Assembly: GCF_009914755.1 (NCBI RefSeq)
Contig: NC_060941.1
Length of the DNA stretch: 64,000 nt
Reading direction: 5' to 3' (one strand)
DNA from: the human T2T-CHM13v2.0 reference genome, Homo sapiens
In this document: positions 1 to 13,330 of the stretch, one piece after another
How positions within the stretch are numbered: the stretch's first letter is position 1
How the letters are laid out: each line of letters begins with the position of its first letter
Program-made: the position numbers and the translations under genes
Notes under the pieces: model-generated
What the model saw: the letters and a program-made list of their open reading frames with translations, nothing else
The model's database searches: none
Told to the model about the DNA's origin: nothing

Positions 1-769
1 GGCGTGCCATGGACCACCTGGGCCTCGCCTGCCCACCTGGGCCTCGCCTGCCTGGCTGGAGTAGGGGCAGCAGCTGAAGCCGCCTGGGCAGCCTTCCTGG
101 CACTTCAGGGCTGCCAGTTCCTGGGGCCACAGGGGCTGTCCTCCCTCCGCCAACCCTCCTGTCATCCCTGGGAGATACAGCTTCCAGAATCTAGCCAGTC
201 CGGCAATGTGAGTTGCATTGGGGAAGGAGTATTTCCTGAAGCAAGGCTGCATCTGGGAGAGCAGGGAGAGCAGGAAGAGCGGAGGAGACAGCATAAGCCA
301 GGGGCTGCGGTCCCTCGTCCTCCCTGGTTCCGACGGGCCAGGTCGCAGGAGAGTCAAAGGTGCCTCCTGCATGGGGCAGGGTCACAGGCACAATCCCAGA
401 CCAAGGGAGGGGCTATGAGGAGACGCCTTGGAGTCAATCCTGGGTCTGCGGGGCTTAGGCTGCTGCAGAAGCGGGGAGGGGAAAACCTCCAAAGTGTTTA
501 GTGCAGGTGAATGTGGCATGCTAGGGCTCAGGAACATAATTAGACAATTGTTTGGTGTCTAGGAAACATAAAGACGGGCCTTACTAATAAAATAGAAAAC
601 CAAAAGAAGAAAAGGAGCAAAATAAAGGAAATAATGGAGGACTGCCGGGAAACCAGAGTGGAGAACAGAATCGAAACTTACACCGGAGGGGAAAGAGCAG
701 ACGTGGTCACGGAGAAAACAGAGTAGCTGGAATGCTGTTCTAGGCTCATAGGAGCATGAGCTGGTATTA

Positions 770-1190
770 ATACAGGCACTCTGGAAAATGATCAGGAATT
801 ACCCAATAGAGTTGAATGTGGACACACCCCATAATCCAAGAGAAACCCTCAGGCCTAAAATCTGCAGAAACTCTTGTACATGAACATGTACTCCAGGAGA
901 CATGAATGTTTACAGCACAATTATTCATAACAGCAAAAAAAAAAAAAACAAAAAAAGGAGAGTAACCAAAATGATCACCAATGGTAGAATGGATAAATAG
1001 GTACGTATTTTTTACAATGGGATATAGACCACAGTGATGGGAATGAATACAGCTACACACATCAACATGGGTGAATTTCAAGATCACAATGTCGAATAAA
1101 GAAGAAATGCACAGAAAAATACACACAGATCCACCTTGTTTATGTCACATTCAAACACAAGCAGAACTAAGCATGGGGACGTCTGCAGTG
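770..1190 (+). mobile_element. Old L1M (L1MC/L1ME-like) 3' fragment
   Basis: Degenerate L1 3' motifs: tttacagcacaattattcataacagc, gaatggataaat, caacatgggtgaattt. Confidence 0.65.
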
Positions 1191-1285
1191 GGGTAACGAC
1201 TCCAGTGGTAATTAGTGGGTACCTCTTTTATTATGATTCTTCAAACTGCACACAAGTGTTTCTGAGTACAGTTTGGAACCATAAG

Positions 1286-1547
1286 CTCCCAGGCTGGAGT
1301 ACATTGGTGCAATTACGGTTCACCGCAGCCTCGACCTCTGGGGCTTAAGCAGTCCTCCCACCTCAGCCTCCTGATAGCTGAGGCTACAGGCGTGTGCCAC
1401 TATACCTGGCTAATGTGGGGATTTTTTGTAGAGAGGGTGTTTCACCATGTTGCCCAGGCTGGTCTCAAGCTCCTGGGCTCAAGCAATCTGCCCACCTTGG
1501 CCTCCCAAAGTGCTGGGATTACAGGTGTGAGCCACCATGCCCAGGCT
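1286..1547 (-). mobile_element. Alu (J-like)
   Basis: Antisense Alu: cccaggctggagt...cctcccaaagtgctgggattacaggtgtgagccacc. Confidence 0.9.
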
Positions 1548-2071
1548 TATTCCCTTTTTTGTTTATTTAAATCTTGAACACACATCACAGTTTATTAATC
1601 CACCAGCAAGAAAACCAGGCGAGGGACTAGAGTGTGCCAGTCCACAGCGGGAATGGAATGGAAAGTCCAGAGCTGGGAAATGGAGCTCTGAGCTAAGCAG
1701 CCAGTTTACAAAGGCAAGCAGCTCATTAGGAGGATGTCACGGTTCTGTGTGGTCTCAAGAACCTCGTCTCCAGGACAGTTGGTACAGAGGAAATCGGGGA
1801 TGAGACAGTTGGGAGCACCAATCAGGAATCAAACATTTAAAATAACCAATGAGAAGCAAATGATAAGGAAACATCTGTGGCTGTTAATAGGAATGACAAG
1901 GTTCACCGTGCTAAGAAATGACTAAAATATAGTTCAACCGAGTTTTAAAATTCATTAGTGAGATCTCTCATTTTTAGGGATGAAAATGGTTCCTGGGGTT
2001 CTTTTCCAAATTTGCTTGTACTTTTCTCAAAGGTCTGGTTTGTTCAACCTGGTTTCTATTCCTTCTCTTAG

Positions 2072-2414
<343 letters not shown>

Positions 2415-3371
2415 TAATTTTTAAAAAACACATTATCATCTCTTTCACCATTTCACTATTCGCTCTCATTTTCTGGGTACCAATTCTCCAAGCTGTTATA
2501 TTTTCCATTTCTCCCTCTTTTCTTAATGTGGCTGGTGGACAACAGGGGTAGAATCCACAGAATTTTGAGTGGGAAAGATCAGGATTAATTGCATTATCTG
2601 TAAAGTGGTCTTTTTTGTATAAAGGCAAAAATTCTCAGAGAGCCAAGGACTCAGAAAATGTATCATCCATGCACCCTTATTTTTTTAATTACATAAAATT
2701 ACAGACCAGCTAATTATTAGAAAAATAAAATAACTCAAGAGCCAACAAGAAAATAATCATTGATTTTCCTCCTAGAAATCCATTCTAAGGATAGAATCTA
2801 AAATGTAGACAGAGAGCTATGCACACAGTAATAAGAGAAAGAAATGAAAACAATTTAAATGTCCTCAATTAGGAGAATATCTATATGACAGAATGTTTAC
2901 AAAGAGTTCTTGATTACACCGGAAAAGACTTAAGATATTCATTTTAAAACACAGGTTCAATAATATAAAGAAAAAAGACACAGAAAAATGGTTGGAATAT
3001 ACTAAATATTAACAGTGGTTGTCTCTGATTCTGGATTTTTGGAAGGTGTTTATTTATTTATGCTTGTCTATAATTGTAAATGTTCCTCAATGATCCATAT
3101 TAATTTTATAATCAGAAAAGAGTAAAATGTAGAGAGTAGATGTTAAAAAATGAAAACTTCCAAAGGTAACAACAGATAAGAACTTAAATATCTGGGCAAT
3201 ATTAAATAAGAAAAATAAAATACTATGCTACTGGCTTTGAGATAGTCTACAGTTTATCCTCAGCACAGCAGACAGAGTACCCTTTAAAAGAGGGGGAGAT
3301 CGGATTCTGTCTCCGCTTTACTCAAGACCCTCCAAGGGCGCCTCATTTTACTGAATATAAAACCAAAGTCT

Positions 3372-4108
<737 letters not shown>

Positions 4109-4113
4109 TCTGA

Positions 4114-4490
4114 CAACCTCTCCCCAGCCCCAACTTAACTCAAGTCACACTGGTCTCCTCGCTGTGCCTCAGATCTACCAAGCACACACATCTGCCTCGG
4201 GGCCTTTGCACCTGCTGCTTTGCACCCCTACTTGGAATGCTTTCCCTCCACATAGCCACAGAAGATGCTTCAGATCTCCATTCAAAAGTCATTTTGTCGG
4301 TGGGCCCCTCTCTTATCCCCATATAAACCAGCAACTGCCCCAGTGTCCCCAGCACCCCTTCTCCCTTTGCCCTAAGGACTTGATCACCGTCTGTGACACT
4401 GCAGAATTTACTGGGTTTGTGGTCTCCCTCTCCCATTGGAAGAGCTATTTTGCCTGGCACATAGGAGGTGCTCAATAAATGTGTCAGCTG
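4114..4490 (+). mobile_element. L2 3' fragment, interrupted upstream by the Alu and THE1
   Basis: ggcctttgcacctgctg..., and the L2 terminus cctggcacataggaggtgctcaataaat. Confidence 0.7.
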
Positions 4491-6369
4491 CCTACATGAA
4501 TAAACGCATTTGACTGCAGGCTCCCAAAGCAGATGGGCTGAGGCTCACACTGCCGCCTGGTGAAAGGGCATAACACAGGCAGCAACACCACCCTGACAGC
4601 CCCAGGAACATCTCACCAGCACTCAACTCGCTCCAGAAAAAATACTTACAATTACAGCCAGAGATGATGGAAGTGAAGCACGAAAGGAAAGGAAGATAAG
4701 AGGCCTTGGGCAGAATGCTCCAAGAGTTTTCATCAGAAAACCCAAGTTCTTCCATTAGGATTTGGCTTTTGCGGGGAGACATAACTCCAAATTTTCATCA
4801 CAGACTCAGAACCAGCTTAAAATCTGACATTTTAAACGGCCTTTCTAGTTAGTTATCTCTTCATTATGATTAGACATTTTTCTAAGAAGAAAGGGCATTA
4901 GGAAACCAATTACGCCAGCCTTCCCACACCCCACAAGCAGGCAGAAAAATCCAGCACATGGTTCTGGTACCCACAGGTACCCAGGCTCATATACCATGAA
5001 CATGTTCCCAGCCCCATCCATTCCTGCTAACCGTGCACCATATGCCTGGTGCTGCAGAGAGGGAATATCCTTGATCTTTTAGAGGCTAAGTTTTATCAGC
5101 CTCTAAAAATTCAAGGGCAAAGTAATAGCGTAATGCACAGCCTCATATTCTCTGCCTTAGGAAAGATAAGAAAATTCATCCTAAGCTATTTCGGACTTTT
5201 CTGGGCACTGGAGCCCTCTGGAGATTAAGACAGGCTGGTGGTAGCTCAAGACTGTTACGGAGTGTGAGGGTGACTCATGAGGGGGATGGGGAAACCCTCA
5301 ACTAAATTATTAAACTTGCTAAATTTGTCTTTCCTTCCATTCACTTTCTTTTCCTTCAAAGATCCCTCACTTCTGCCCTCCCACAGCTCAGCTGTGACCA
5401 TCTTTTCATCCCACAAAGTGTCTCCCCACAGACGATGTTTTAAGGAATTTCCTCTTCCATGGACATGTGCATTGTCAAAGGGGTCCCCTGAAGATTAGAA
5501 GGACCTCAGGTTCAAAGGGGAGATTTCTGGCTGAAGAGGAAGGGAGGCCTCTGATAGTTATGGAATATCTATGCTGGAGGTTTTGCCCACTTCAACAGTC
5601 TTACTGAATTCTCGCAGCAACTGTGGAGCAGACATTATTAACTCCATCTGGGGATGAGGAGTCAGGGACTTCCAGCAAGACAGAATGCTAGCACACACTG
5701 TGAGGCCCTGCCTGCAGCTTTTCCTGTTCCAAAGACACGGAAGTGATAGAGGAAAATACTTTCACAACAACAGCAGCAAGGAAATGTGCGCAAAAACAAG
5801 ATCTATATCTCCATGGATCATAAATTCAAAGTATTTGCCATTTTGAGGGGTGAAGGCACAGCCGCTTGCTGAGCTCTGGGCTCCGAAGCAGACAGAGGCA
5901 GCTGGGAGATTGGTCTTCCAGGGTTCAGGGACTAAAAGTGACCCTTGGGAGGTGGGGGACCAGAGCAGAGTCACTAAAATCAGGCTGTTGAGGGGATTTT
6001 CCACCTGGGAAAGGAGGCTGAAAACAGCAGGGACCTGCCCCGGGACTATAACATACATAAGGAAATGAGCTCAGAGGAAAGCAAGCCCAGCAGCAGCAGG
6101 GCCTGGCCAAGCTGTCACGGCTGGGATGAGGGTCTGGGAATAATCCCAGTATCACCATGGATGAGCAGCTCGCCACAAACCCAGGATGCCTGGCTCAGCA
6201 CTGGGCAACCCCAGACCCAGCGGGAGGCAGCTGCAAAACTATTCAGCTAGAAGAGCCGGGTGGGAAACAGAGAGAAACGGACTATTATCACACAGGATGA
6301 GCGCACAAACCAAAATTCCAAAACTTCCAAGGAAAACTAACCCTAAGAAAGACAACCCACGAAACCAAT

Positions 6370-6650
6370 GGGGAATTGATCTCAAGGAAAGACTTAGTGA
6401 CTTGGAAGGCAGTACTGAAGAATTCACCCAGAAAGGACCACAGAAAGATAAAGAAATAAACAAGAAAGAGCAGTTGGGAGCTGTGGGGGATGGTTGAGGA
6501 GCTCTGAAATGTATCCAGCGGGATTTCCAGAGAGGAGAGAAGGAATGGCAGAGGAGCAATATTCAAAGACATCATGGCTGAGAATTTTCCAGAATTGAAG
6601 GTGTTTTGTGGATCCTCGGATGTGACAAGCAAGATTTAAAAAGTAATAAA
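6370..6650 (+). mobile_element. Ancient L1/HAL1 ORF1-region fragment
   Basis: atattcaaagacatcatggctgagaattttccagaattg is a typical old L1 ORF1 motif. Confidence 0.55.
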
Positions 6651-6929
6651 TCCTGATCTGGAAGACCAGCTGCACGCCTCCTCGCCCCTCACATTCTGTC
6701 CCAGCCCTGCCTCCCCAGGGCACTTCCCAGAAGCTACCTGCCACGTCCTGCTGTTTTGGCTCCAATCCGACCTGGCACAGGGAGGTTCTGACTGTCCCTG
6801 CCCATCTGCTACTCCCCAGAGTCCTTGCTGAGCCTCGACTTCCTTCCCTCAAATGGGGTTGGAACTAGAACCATAGAACTGTAGCAGCAGAAGGGGCGTT
6901 GGGTGGCATCGTGACAGCAGACAACGGCT

Positions 6930-7110
6930 GAGTTTGGTTTCCAGCTCCCCCACTAACTGGCTCTGTGCTTGCAGGTTATTTAACCTCTTGTGTCTTTATT
7001 TCCCCATCAGGAAAAGGGGATAAGAATAGCACCACTGGGGTTGTGCAGGGATGAAATGAATTCATACATGCAAGGAACTTATGGCAGTGCCAGGCACACA
7101 GTCAGCGTTC
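6930..7110 (+). mobile_element. MIR
   Basis: ggttatttaacctct...ttccccatcaggaaaaggggataagaatag core. Confidence 0.65.
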
Positions 7111-7332
7111 ACCCTGGGTAGCTACTACTGTTACCATAATAACAGCCCCCACAAACACCACATGCTCTCACACTCACAGTGCGAGGGGCTTCCCACCGAA
7201 ACCTCGGACTCTCCCACGTGTAGAACCTGCCACCCCTGCATAGGGGAAGTGGCCACAGGCTGTCCCTCCGTGCTTTTCTCCGCCGAGTGGTCAGTTCTTC
7301 CTTGACTTCTGGAGAAACCCCTCCCAGTGACT

Positions 7333-7457
7333 GTCCACCCATCCCCATCTGAGAGCGTATCCAGCCCGCCCAGCCCTCCCCACCGTCACCCTGACCGTCC
7401 ACCCATCCCCATCTGAGGGCATATCCAGCCCACTCAGCCCTCCCCACCGTCACCCTG
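7333..7457. repeat. Two-copy 64-bp tandem duplication abutting the exon donor
   Basis: gtccacccatccccatctgag..atccagccc.c.cagccctccccaccgtcaccctg at 7333 and 7397. Confidence 0.9.
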
Positions 7458-7467
7458 GACGCCCTAC

Positions 7468-7554
7468 CTCTCTTTGCTCACTGCAGATCTTACACAGCCA
7501 CAGGGGCCGCTTCTGGCCAGGGGAGGCCTCGATCCCACATTTGGTGCAGACTTT
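7468..7554 (-). CDS. RPH3AL: RPH3AL coding exon 4 (87 nt): [29 protein letters not shown], second half of the zinc finger
   Basis: Manual translation gives CTKC and WLCKIC, completing the 8-Cys finger. Acceptor gtcctctctcttgtag at 7556-7555; donor GAG|GTAGGG at 7467. Phase 0-0. Confidence 0.96.
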
Positions 7555-8227
7555 CTACAAGAGAGAGGACATGGGGTTGTAAAGATTGCAGCCGCTTCCT
7601 CCTCCGCCGAGGGGCTCGGACAACTGTAACGAAGGGACACTTAGCATCTTCCAAGGAGCGTCTCTTGCTTCAGGATAGAAGGAATCAATCACCCCAGAGG
7701 CACAGCTCATCTAAAAATCCTTAGTTGGCTTTGGACGTAATGGATGGCCCCATCCACGGAACCCCCACCCCAGAGTTAGGTTCTGTTGGAACCACAGCAA
7801 AGCTTGCTGACATTCACAGCTGCGTCACGTTTGATAGCAAAGAACTGGAAACAACACAGACGCCCAATGCCAGGGGAGGGTCCAGGCAAACACGACAGCA
7901 CGTGATCTGGCCTTCACACAGCCGACGGCGGTGCTGCCTGGAAATAATGCGATTCAACAAAGAAACATACGTTTGCGTATAACCCGAAACTGGCCTGCGT
8001 GTCCGACAGGTCAGAAGACACAATCGTGAGAAATGCTGGTAACAACGTGACAGCTACGTAAACTTTGGGCCCACGTTATAGGTGAGGAACCCGGGGCTTG
8101 GCAGAGTCTGAGGATATGCTCAGGTTCACATGGCAGCCACGGATTCCGGTCGGACTCCAGAGACAGTTTATCATGTTCTCTGGATGCAGAAATAACCAGA
8201 ATCTAGAACCTACAGTCTGCTGATGTG

Positions 8228-9285
8228 CTGGGCCATCGAAGACCCCACGCCTGGGAGCTTCATGAGAACTGGAAAGGGGCTTTGCTTTAAGCAAGGTTGA
8301 TTAAGCTCATAACTTATAAATACAATTACTGTTGCTTAAAAACAAGAATATGTCCTGAGAAAAGGCACAGTGAGGTGATTGCATCATTGTGCAAACAGCA
8401 CATAGAGCACACTTACGCAAACCAAGATGGTATAGCCGGCTGCACACCCAGGCTAGCTGCTGTATTCTGTGGCTGCTAGGCCACAAACCTGAACGACATG
8501 TTACTGTACCGAAGGCTGCAGGCAACTGTGACACAGCGGAAAGTATTCCTGTATCTAAATATATCATAGAAATGGTACAGTAAGAATGTGGTATTATAAT
8601 GGTGTGGGACATTTGCTGGCCGAAACGTCATTATGTGATGCAGGACAGTTCTTACGTTGCTTCCCCTGAAGGCACAGCAACAAGGCCAGAAGAAGCAAGC
8701 TGGGAGGCAGAGGTGGATGTGTTGGGGCTGAGACCGGCTCCAGGCTAACCCAGGCAGAGTCTGATTCAGCGATCGCTGGCGACTCCTCAGGACTGTTGCC
8801 CCAGCTCATCCATCTTTCTGCCACACGGAAGCCACCCGGTCCCTGCGTGGGTGGGGGCTCTCTGCAGCCCCCCGCCGAGGGAAGGTTGCATCTGTTGCTT
8901 GGCCTTTTCTGCAGGCTGCCAACTCAGCAAGGAGCACGTCTCTCCATGGAGAGGGAAAATGTCACCAACTTGGCTTCCACGTCGAGCGTGTCGAGCGTGT
9001 GGAGGTCACTGGCCTGATCGGGTGGCCGAGCTCAGTGCCCCTGGGGTGGGGGAGCAAACTCACGGGGGACGGAAGCTATGATACATTCCTGCGGGGGACG
9101 GATTTGCTACCATCCAATGCTCAGGTACGAGAAATGTCACCTTTTATTTATCCAAAGAAAATGCAATCTGCTCCAAGCTCCTGTCCCTCTGGATTGGCAG
9201 GAAAATCTGCCCAAGCCTCAGCCACACTTGGGGCCCCTTTCCAGCTCTCATGAAGGTCCTAGGCTTGGGGTGTTTGATGGCCCAG
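8228..9285. repeat. 53-bp inverted repeat pair (8228-8280 and 9233-9285)
   Basis: 47/53 identity on manual alignment. Also visible as similar peptides on opposite strands in ORFs 8076..8294(-) and 9078..9305(+). Confidence 0.88.
8322..8650 (-). mobile_element. Tigger3a/MER7A-like non-autonomous Tc1/mariner DNA transposon
   Basis: Matches the recalled consensus: catagagcacacttacgcaaaccaagatggtatagcc..ctaggccacaaacctg..catgttactgtac..ccgaaacgtcattatg. Confidence 0.75.
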
Positions 9286-10441
9286 ATCTGCAGAGGGTCC
9301 CCTGAGCGCCGTCCACACTCCTCACTGCTGGCCTTCTTGCTTCCCAAGCTCTCATGACCCCATGAGAGGGAGTGGGAGCATGTGGTCATATCTGTGCCAG
9401 TCCTGGGTTTGGGATCATTGCTAGGCTGGGCTTCAGCCCTTCCAAGGACCAGTAGCCTGTCTCCCTGGAACCCTAGGCCACCATCCCTCACAGAGACTGG
9501 TGACTCTCCCCTTCCCCAAGAGAGCAGCCTCTCTCCACCTCTTCCACCCTTCGCTCCTAATGTTCCCACCTCTACAACAGGGTCCCCCATCAGCCTATGA
9601 GGTGGGCTCCAGAACCACAACGTGGGCCTCTCCTCTCTGGGTAAAGGGGAGAGGAAGCACTGATGCTACTTAGCTCTGTTTTCCTTGCGAATTCCCACCA
9701 TCCCTGTGTACACTGTAACAGGTGGAAACAAGTGTGGCCCTCAGAGACGTGAGCTCTCCCTTCTGCACTCTACACACGCATCGGTTGAGGGCAGCTCACC
9801 TTATAAACATGCAGAGTGCCCTGCCCTGCATAGGCTGCTGAACGAGGCGATGCTGCGGGAACAGGAGGGAATCAAACACCCACAGCGCAGTTAGTGAGCA
9901 GTTATCGGACCGGGCCAGAGTATGAAGGAGGCAGGTGTTATGATCCCCACTATATAGATGAAGGAACAAAGGCTCAGAGATGACTCGGGCTGCCCGAGGT
10001 CACACAGCTCGTTCACGGTAAAGCAGAATTTTTGTTCAGACCTCAGGAGGGTCGGTCACACCCTCCCCTGCCCTGGTGCCAGGCTGGTGCGCACGGCTCT
10101 CTAGAGAGCTGCTTCTGCTCAGGCGGGTCCCTGGGGACGTGGCTGATGGCTCTCAAAACAATGGGCAGAGAAGGTGCCAGGGGCCGACCCTGGGACAAAG
10201 CTTTGCTGGGGTCGTGAGTGTGGCCTGATGCTGACTCTAGGAGCAACGGCCCAGGCTGGACAGTCTGGCCCTGCCCTCCATGCTCTCCCAGTGGGGAGGG
10301 GAGAGGTTTCCAGCTGTCAGCAGGAGGCCCGGCAGCCTCCCCATTGCACCCCACAGGTGCCCTCGCAGCCTGGCCTCTCCCCCGGGGGCCGCCTTCCCCT
10401 ATGCACACAGCCAAGGGGGAGAGGACAGCCTCTGCCCCATC

Positions 10442-10790
10442 GTAGTCAGCTTAGGCTGCTGTAACAAAAATACCATAGACTGAGTGGCTGAAACAACAGA
10501 AGCATGTTTATCACAGCTGCAGAGGCCTGACGGCCCTGGTCGGGGTGCCCACACGGTCAGGTTCTGGGGAGGGCTCTTCCTGGCGTACAGACGGCAGCTT
10601 CTTGCTGTACCCTCCCACAGTAGAGTGAGGTCTGGCCTCCTCCTCTGATAAGGACGCCAATCCCATCCCCAGGGTCCCACCCTCAGGACCTCATCTGATC
10701 CCTCCCAAAGCCCCCATCTCCAAATATCACATCTGCGTGACGGCTTCAACGTAGGTATTTTGGGGTGATATAAACATTCAGTCCACAGCA
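10442..10790 (-). mobile_element. MLT1 (MaLR) LTR
   Basis: ggctgctgtaacaaaaataccatagactgagtggct..., ending aacattcagtccacagca. Confidence 0.8.
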
Positions 10791-11239
10791 GCGCCCGACC
10801 AGGACTGGGATCCTCTCTCTGCTTTTGTACTCGGGAGCCCTAGAAATGGGAGCATCGTCGTGTCTCTCAGCCCTGGAGTCGTCTAGAGCCCTCGGTCCCC
10901 CTGAGCCTGCACCTCACGCCATCCTGCGCTATCACCAGATCCTGTTCCTGAGACGTGACTCTCGGCTCCTTCAGAGGCCGCACGGCACAGCGCACAGGTT
11001 TGGGGACGGCAGACCTGGGTGGGCTCCCGGGCAAGCCACCCAAAGCCTCTCTAAACCTCAGACGTTCTCAGCTGTAAAGTGGGATAATACTTACACCCTT
11101 GGGTTGTTTTGAGGATCAACTGAGACACAGGAAAAGCAACCAGCACGTAATAGCGACTCGATAAATGCCAGCTGCGGTTAGTGCAGCCCCTCGTACCGTG
11201 TTCTGCAGCCCGGCGTGGTTTTCCTCTAGTCCCACACGA

Positions 11240-11436
11240 TCTAATACGGTAGCCACCAGCTGCAGGTGGCTATTTAAGTGCAAACTGATTGTGATGGAAT
11301 AAAATGAAAAACAGCTCTGAGGTCACACTGACCCCATTTCAGGTACTCCGTGGCCTCACGTGGCCGGTGGCTACCGCAAGGGACAGCAGAGAAATACATT
11401 TTCATCCTCACCGTGAGGTTCTGCAGGACGGCGCTC
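11240..11436. mobile_element. MER3/MER33-like hAT-Charlie element
   Basis: aatacggtagccaccagc..gtggctattta..catttcaggtactc..gtggctac. Confidence 0.65.
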
Positions 11437-12590
11437 GGCCAGAGGACCCTGCCCTCAGTCTCCCCACTCAACCTGCCAACAGCCTGCTCCCCTGCTCCCC
11501 TACAGCTTCCAATCAACCCGACTGATGCACTCATGTGCCTGCCCCTCAGCGCGGCTCTATCTCCACCCCCATCCCGTCTAGCGCTCACCTCCCCTGCGAT
11601 TCACTAATCCACGTTACCATCACCCGCTGAGCACCCGTGAGGGGCACAGGCCTGGCGTGACAGGACACGGATGAACAGGGTGGGGCCCAGGCCCCACTGT
11701 GCACCCCGGGATGCCCTCAACACTTGCTCCGATGTCCCCCCGCCACTGCTGGGGGGGTGCTCGGCTGCCCTGTGGGGGGGTTTGAGGGACAAATGTGCAC
11801 GTGTCTCACTGATGAAACAGTGCCGTGGGGGCAGGGAGAGAAGCCAGGAGAGTGTCCACGGAACTGAGTCCTGTCCTCTACTCACAGACCACGAGGACAC
11901 GGAGCCAACGGATCTGGGGACAGGAGCAGCGTGGACCAGTCGCCCTCCAGAGGTTGGGTGAAGGGCTGTCCCTGCTGGGCCCACGAACCTCTGCCTTCCC
12001 CTTAGGGTCTGGTGCTTCCTGCTCCCCAGATCGCGCCTCGGGCAGCCTGTTTTCCCGCTACCAACCAACGCTGGCAGCACCTGGGGTCAGTTCTCCACCT
12101 CAGCCATCCCCCTGCTGCTTCAGTGTCTCTGGCTGGCAGGGGGCGTTCCTAAGAGGCGAGGGCTACGGAAAGACGACACGCTCCCACTCAAATAACACAT
12201 AATTGCTGCTTTCGTAAATCTCAGATCAATAAGGCAGTCATGGGCCTCTTCCAATGGGCTCGGTCTTTGTTCCCAGCTTCCAATAAAGAAAACGAAACAG
12301 GTGGTATTTTTGAAAACCCATGCGACAGCGAGCAAGCCAGCCTCTACATCACCTTGGTGCAAACACAGCCCTTCACGATCTGTGTCTAGGACAGTCCCGG
12401 GGCCCAGGGGTGGCCACTCACTTCCCTGCCTGAGATGGGCTTCCTCGGAGTGGATTTGCCCAGGGCAAGCGAGTCCTGGCTTCCCGGGCTTGGCTGCCTC
12501 ATGCACCCTGCAGCCTGGAACTGCGTCCGGGTGTTAAACGATGAAGCTTCTGGGCCTAACCCAGGGCAGAAGCCACACAACTCCAGGCTT

Positions 12591-13330
12591 TCAGACCTCC
12601 CACCCTCTCTCTCCACCATCAGACCTCACTCCCTCTCTCCACCGTCAGACCTCGCACCCTCTCTCCACCGTCAGACCTCGCACCCTCTCTCCACCGTCAG
12701 ACCTCACACCCTCTCTCCACCGTCAGACCTCACACCCTCTCTCCACCGTCAGACCTCACTCCCTCTCTCTCCACCGTCAGACCTCACTCCCTCTCTCCAC
12801 CGTCAGACCTCACACCCTCTCTCCACCGTCAGACCTCACACCCTCTCTCCACCGTCAGACCTCACACCCTCTCTCCACCGTCAGACCTCACTCCCTCTCT
12901 CTCCACCGTCAGACCTCACTCCCTCTCTCCACCGTCAGACCTCACTCCCTCTCTCCACCGTCAGACCTCACACCCTCTCTCCACCGTCAGACCTCACACC
13001 CTCTCTCCACCGTCAGACCTCACTCCCTCTCTCTCCACCGTCAGACCTCACACCCTCTCTCCACCGTCAGACCTCGCACCCTCTCTCCACCGTCAGACCT
13101 CACACCCTCTCTCCACCGTCAGACCTCGCACCCTCTCTCCACCGTCAGACCTCGCACCCTCTCTCCACCGTCAGACCTCGCACCCTCTCTCCACCGTCAG
13201 ACCTCACTCCCTCTCTCTCCACCGTCAGACCTCACTCCCTCTCTCCACCGTCAGACCTCACTCCCTCTCTCTCCACCGTCAGACCTCACTCCCTCTCTCC
13301 CGGCCGTCAGACCTCGCACCCTCTCTCCCC
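12591..13330. repeat. 26/28-bp VNTR, about 28 copies (TCAGACCTCACACCCTCTCTCCACCG)
   Basis: Directly visible tandem array; variants CAC/CGC, CACC/CTCC and an extra CT. Confidence 0.97.

Noticed and set aside
4-501. 165-aa ORF and similar 100-260-aa ORFs in GC-rich unique DNA (e.g. 35059, 54729, 55084)
   Set aside because: No recognisable domain, low-complexity composition, often non-ATG starts; expected by chance in GC-rich intronic DNA.
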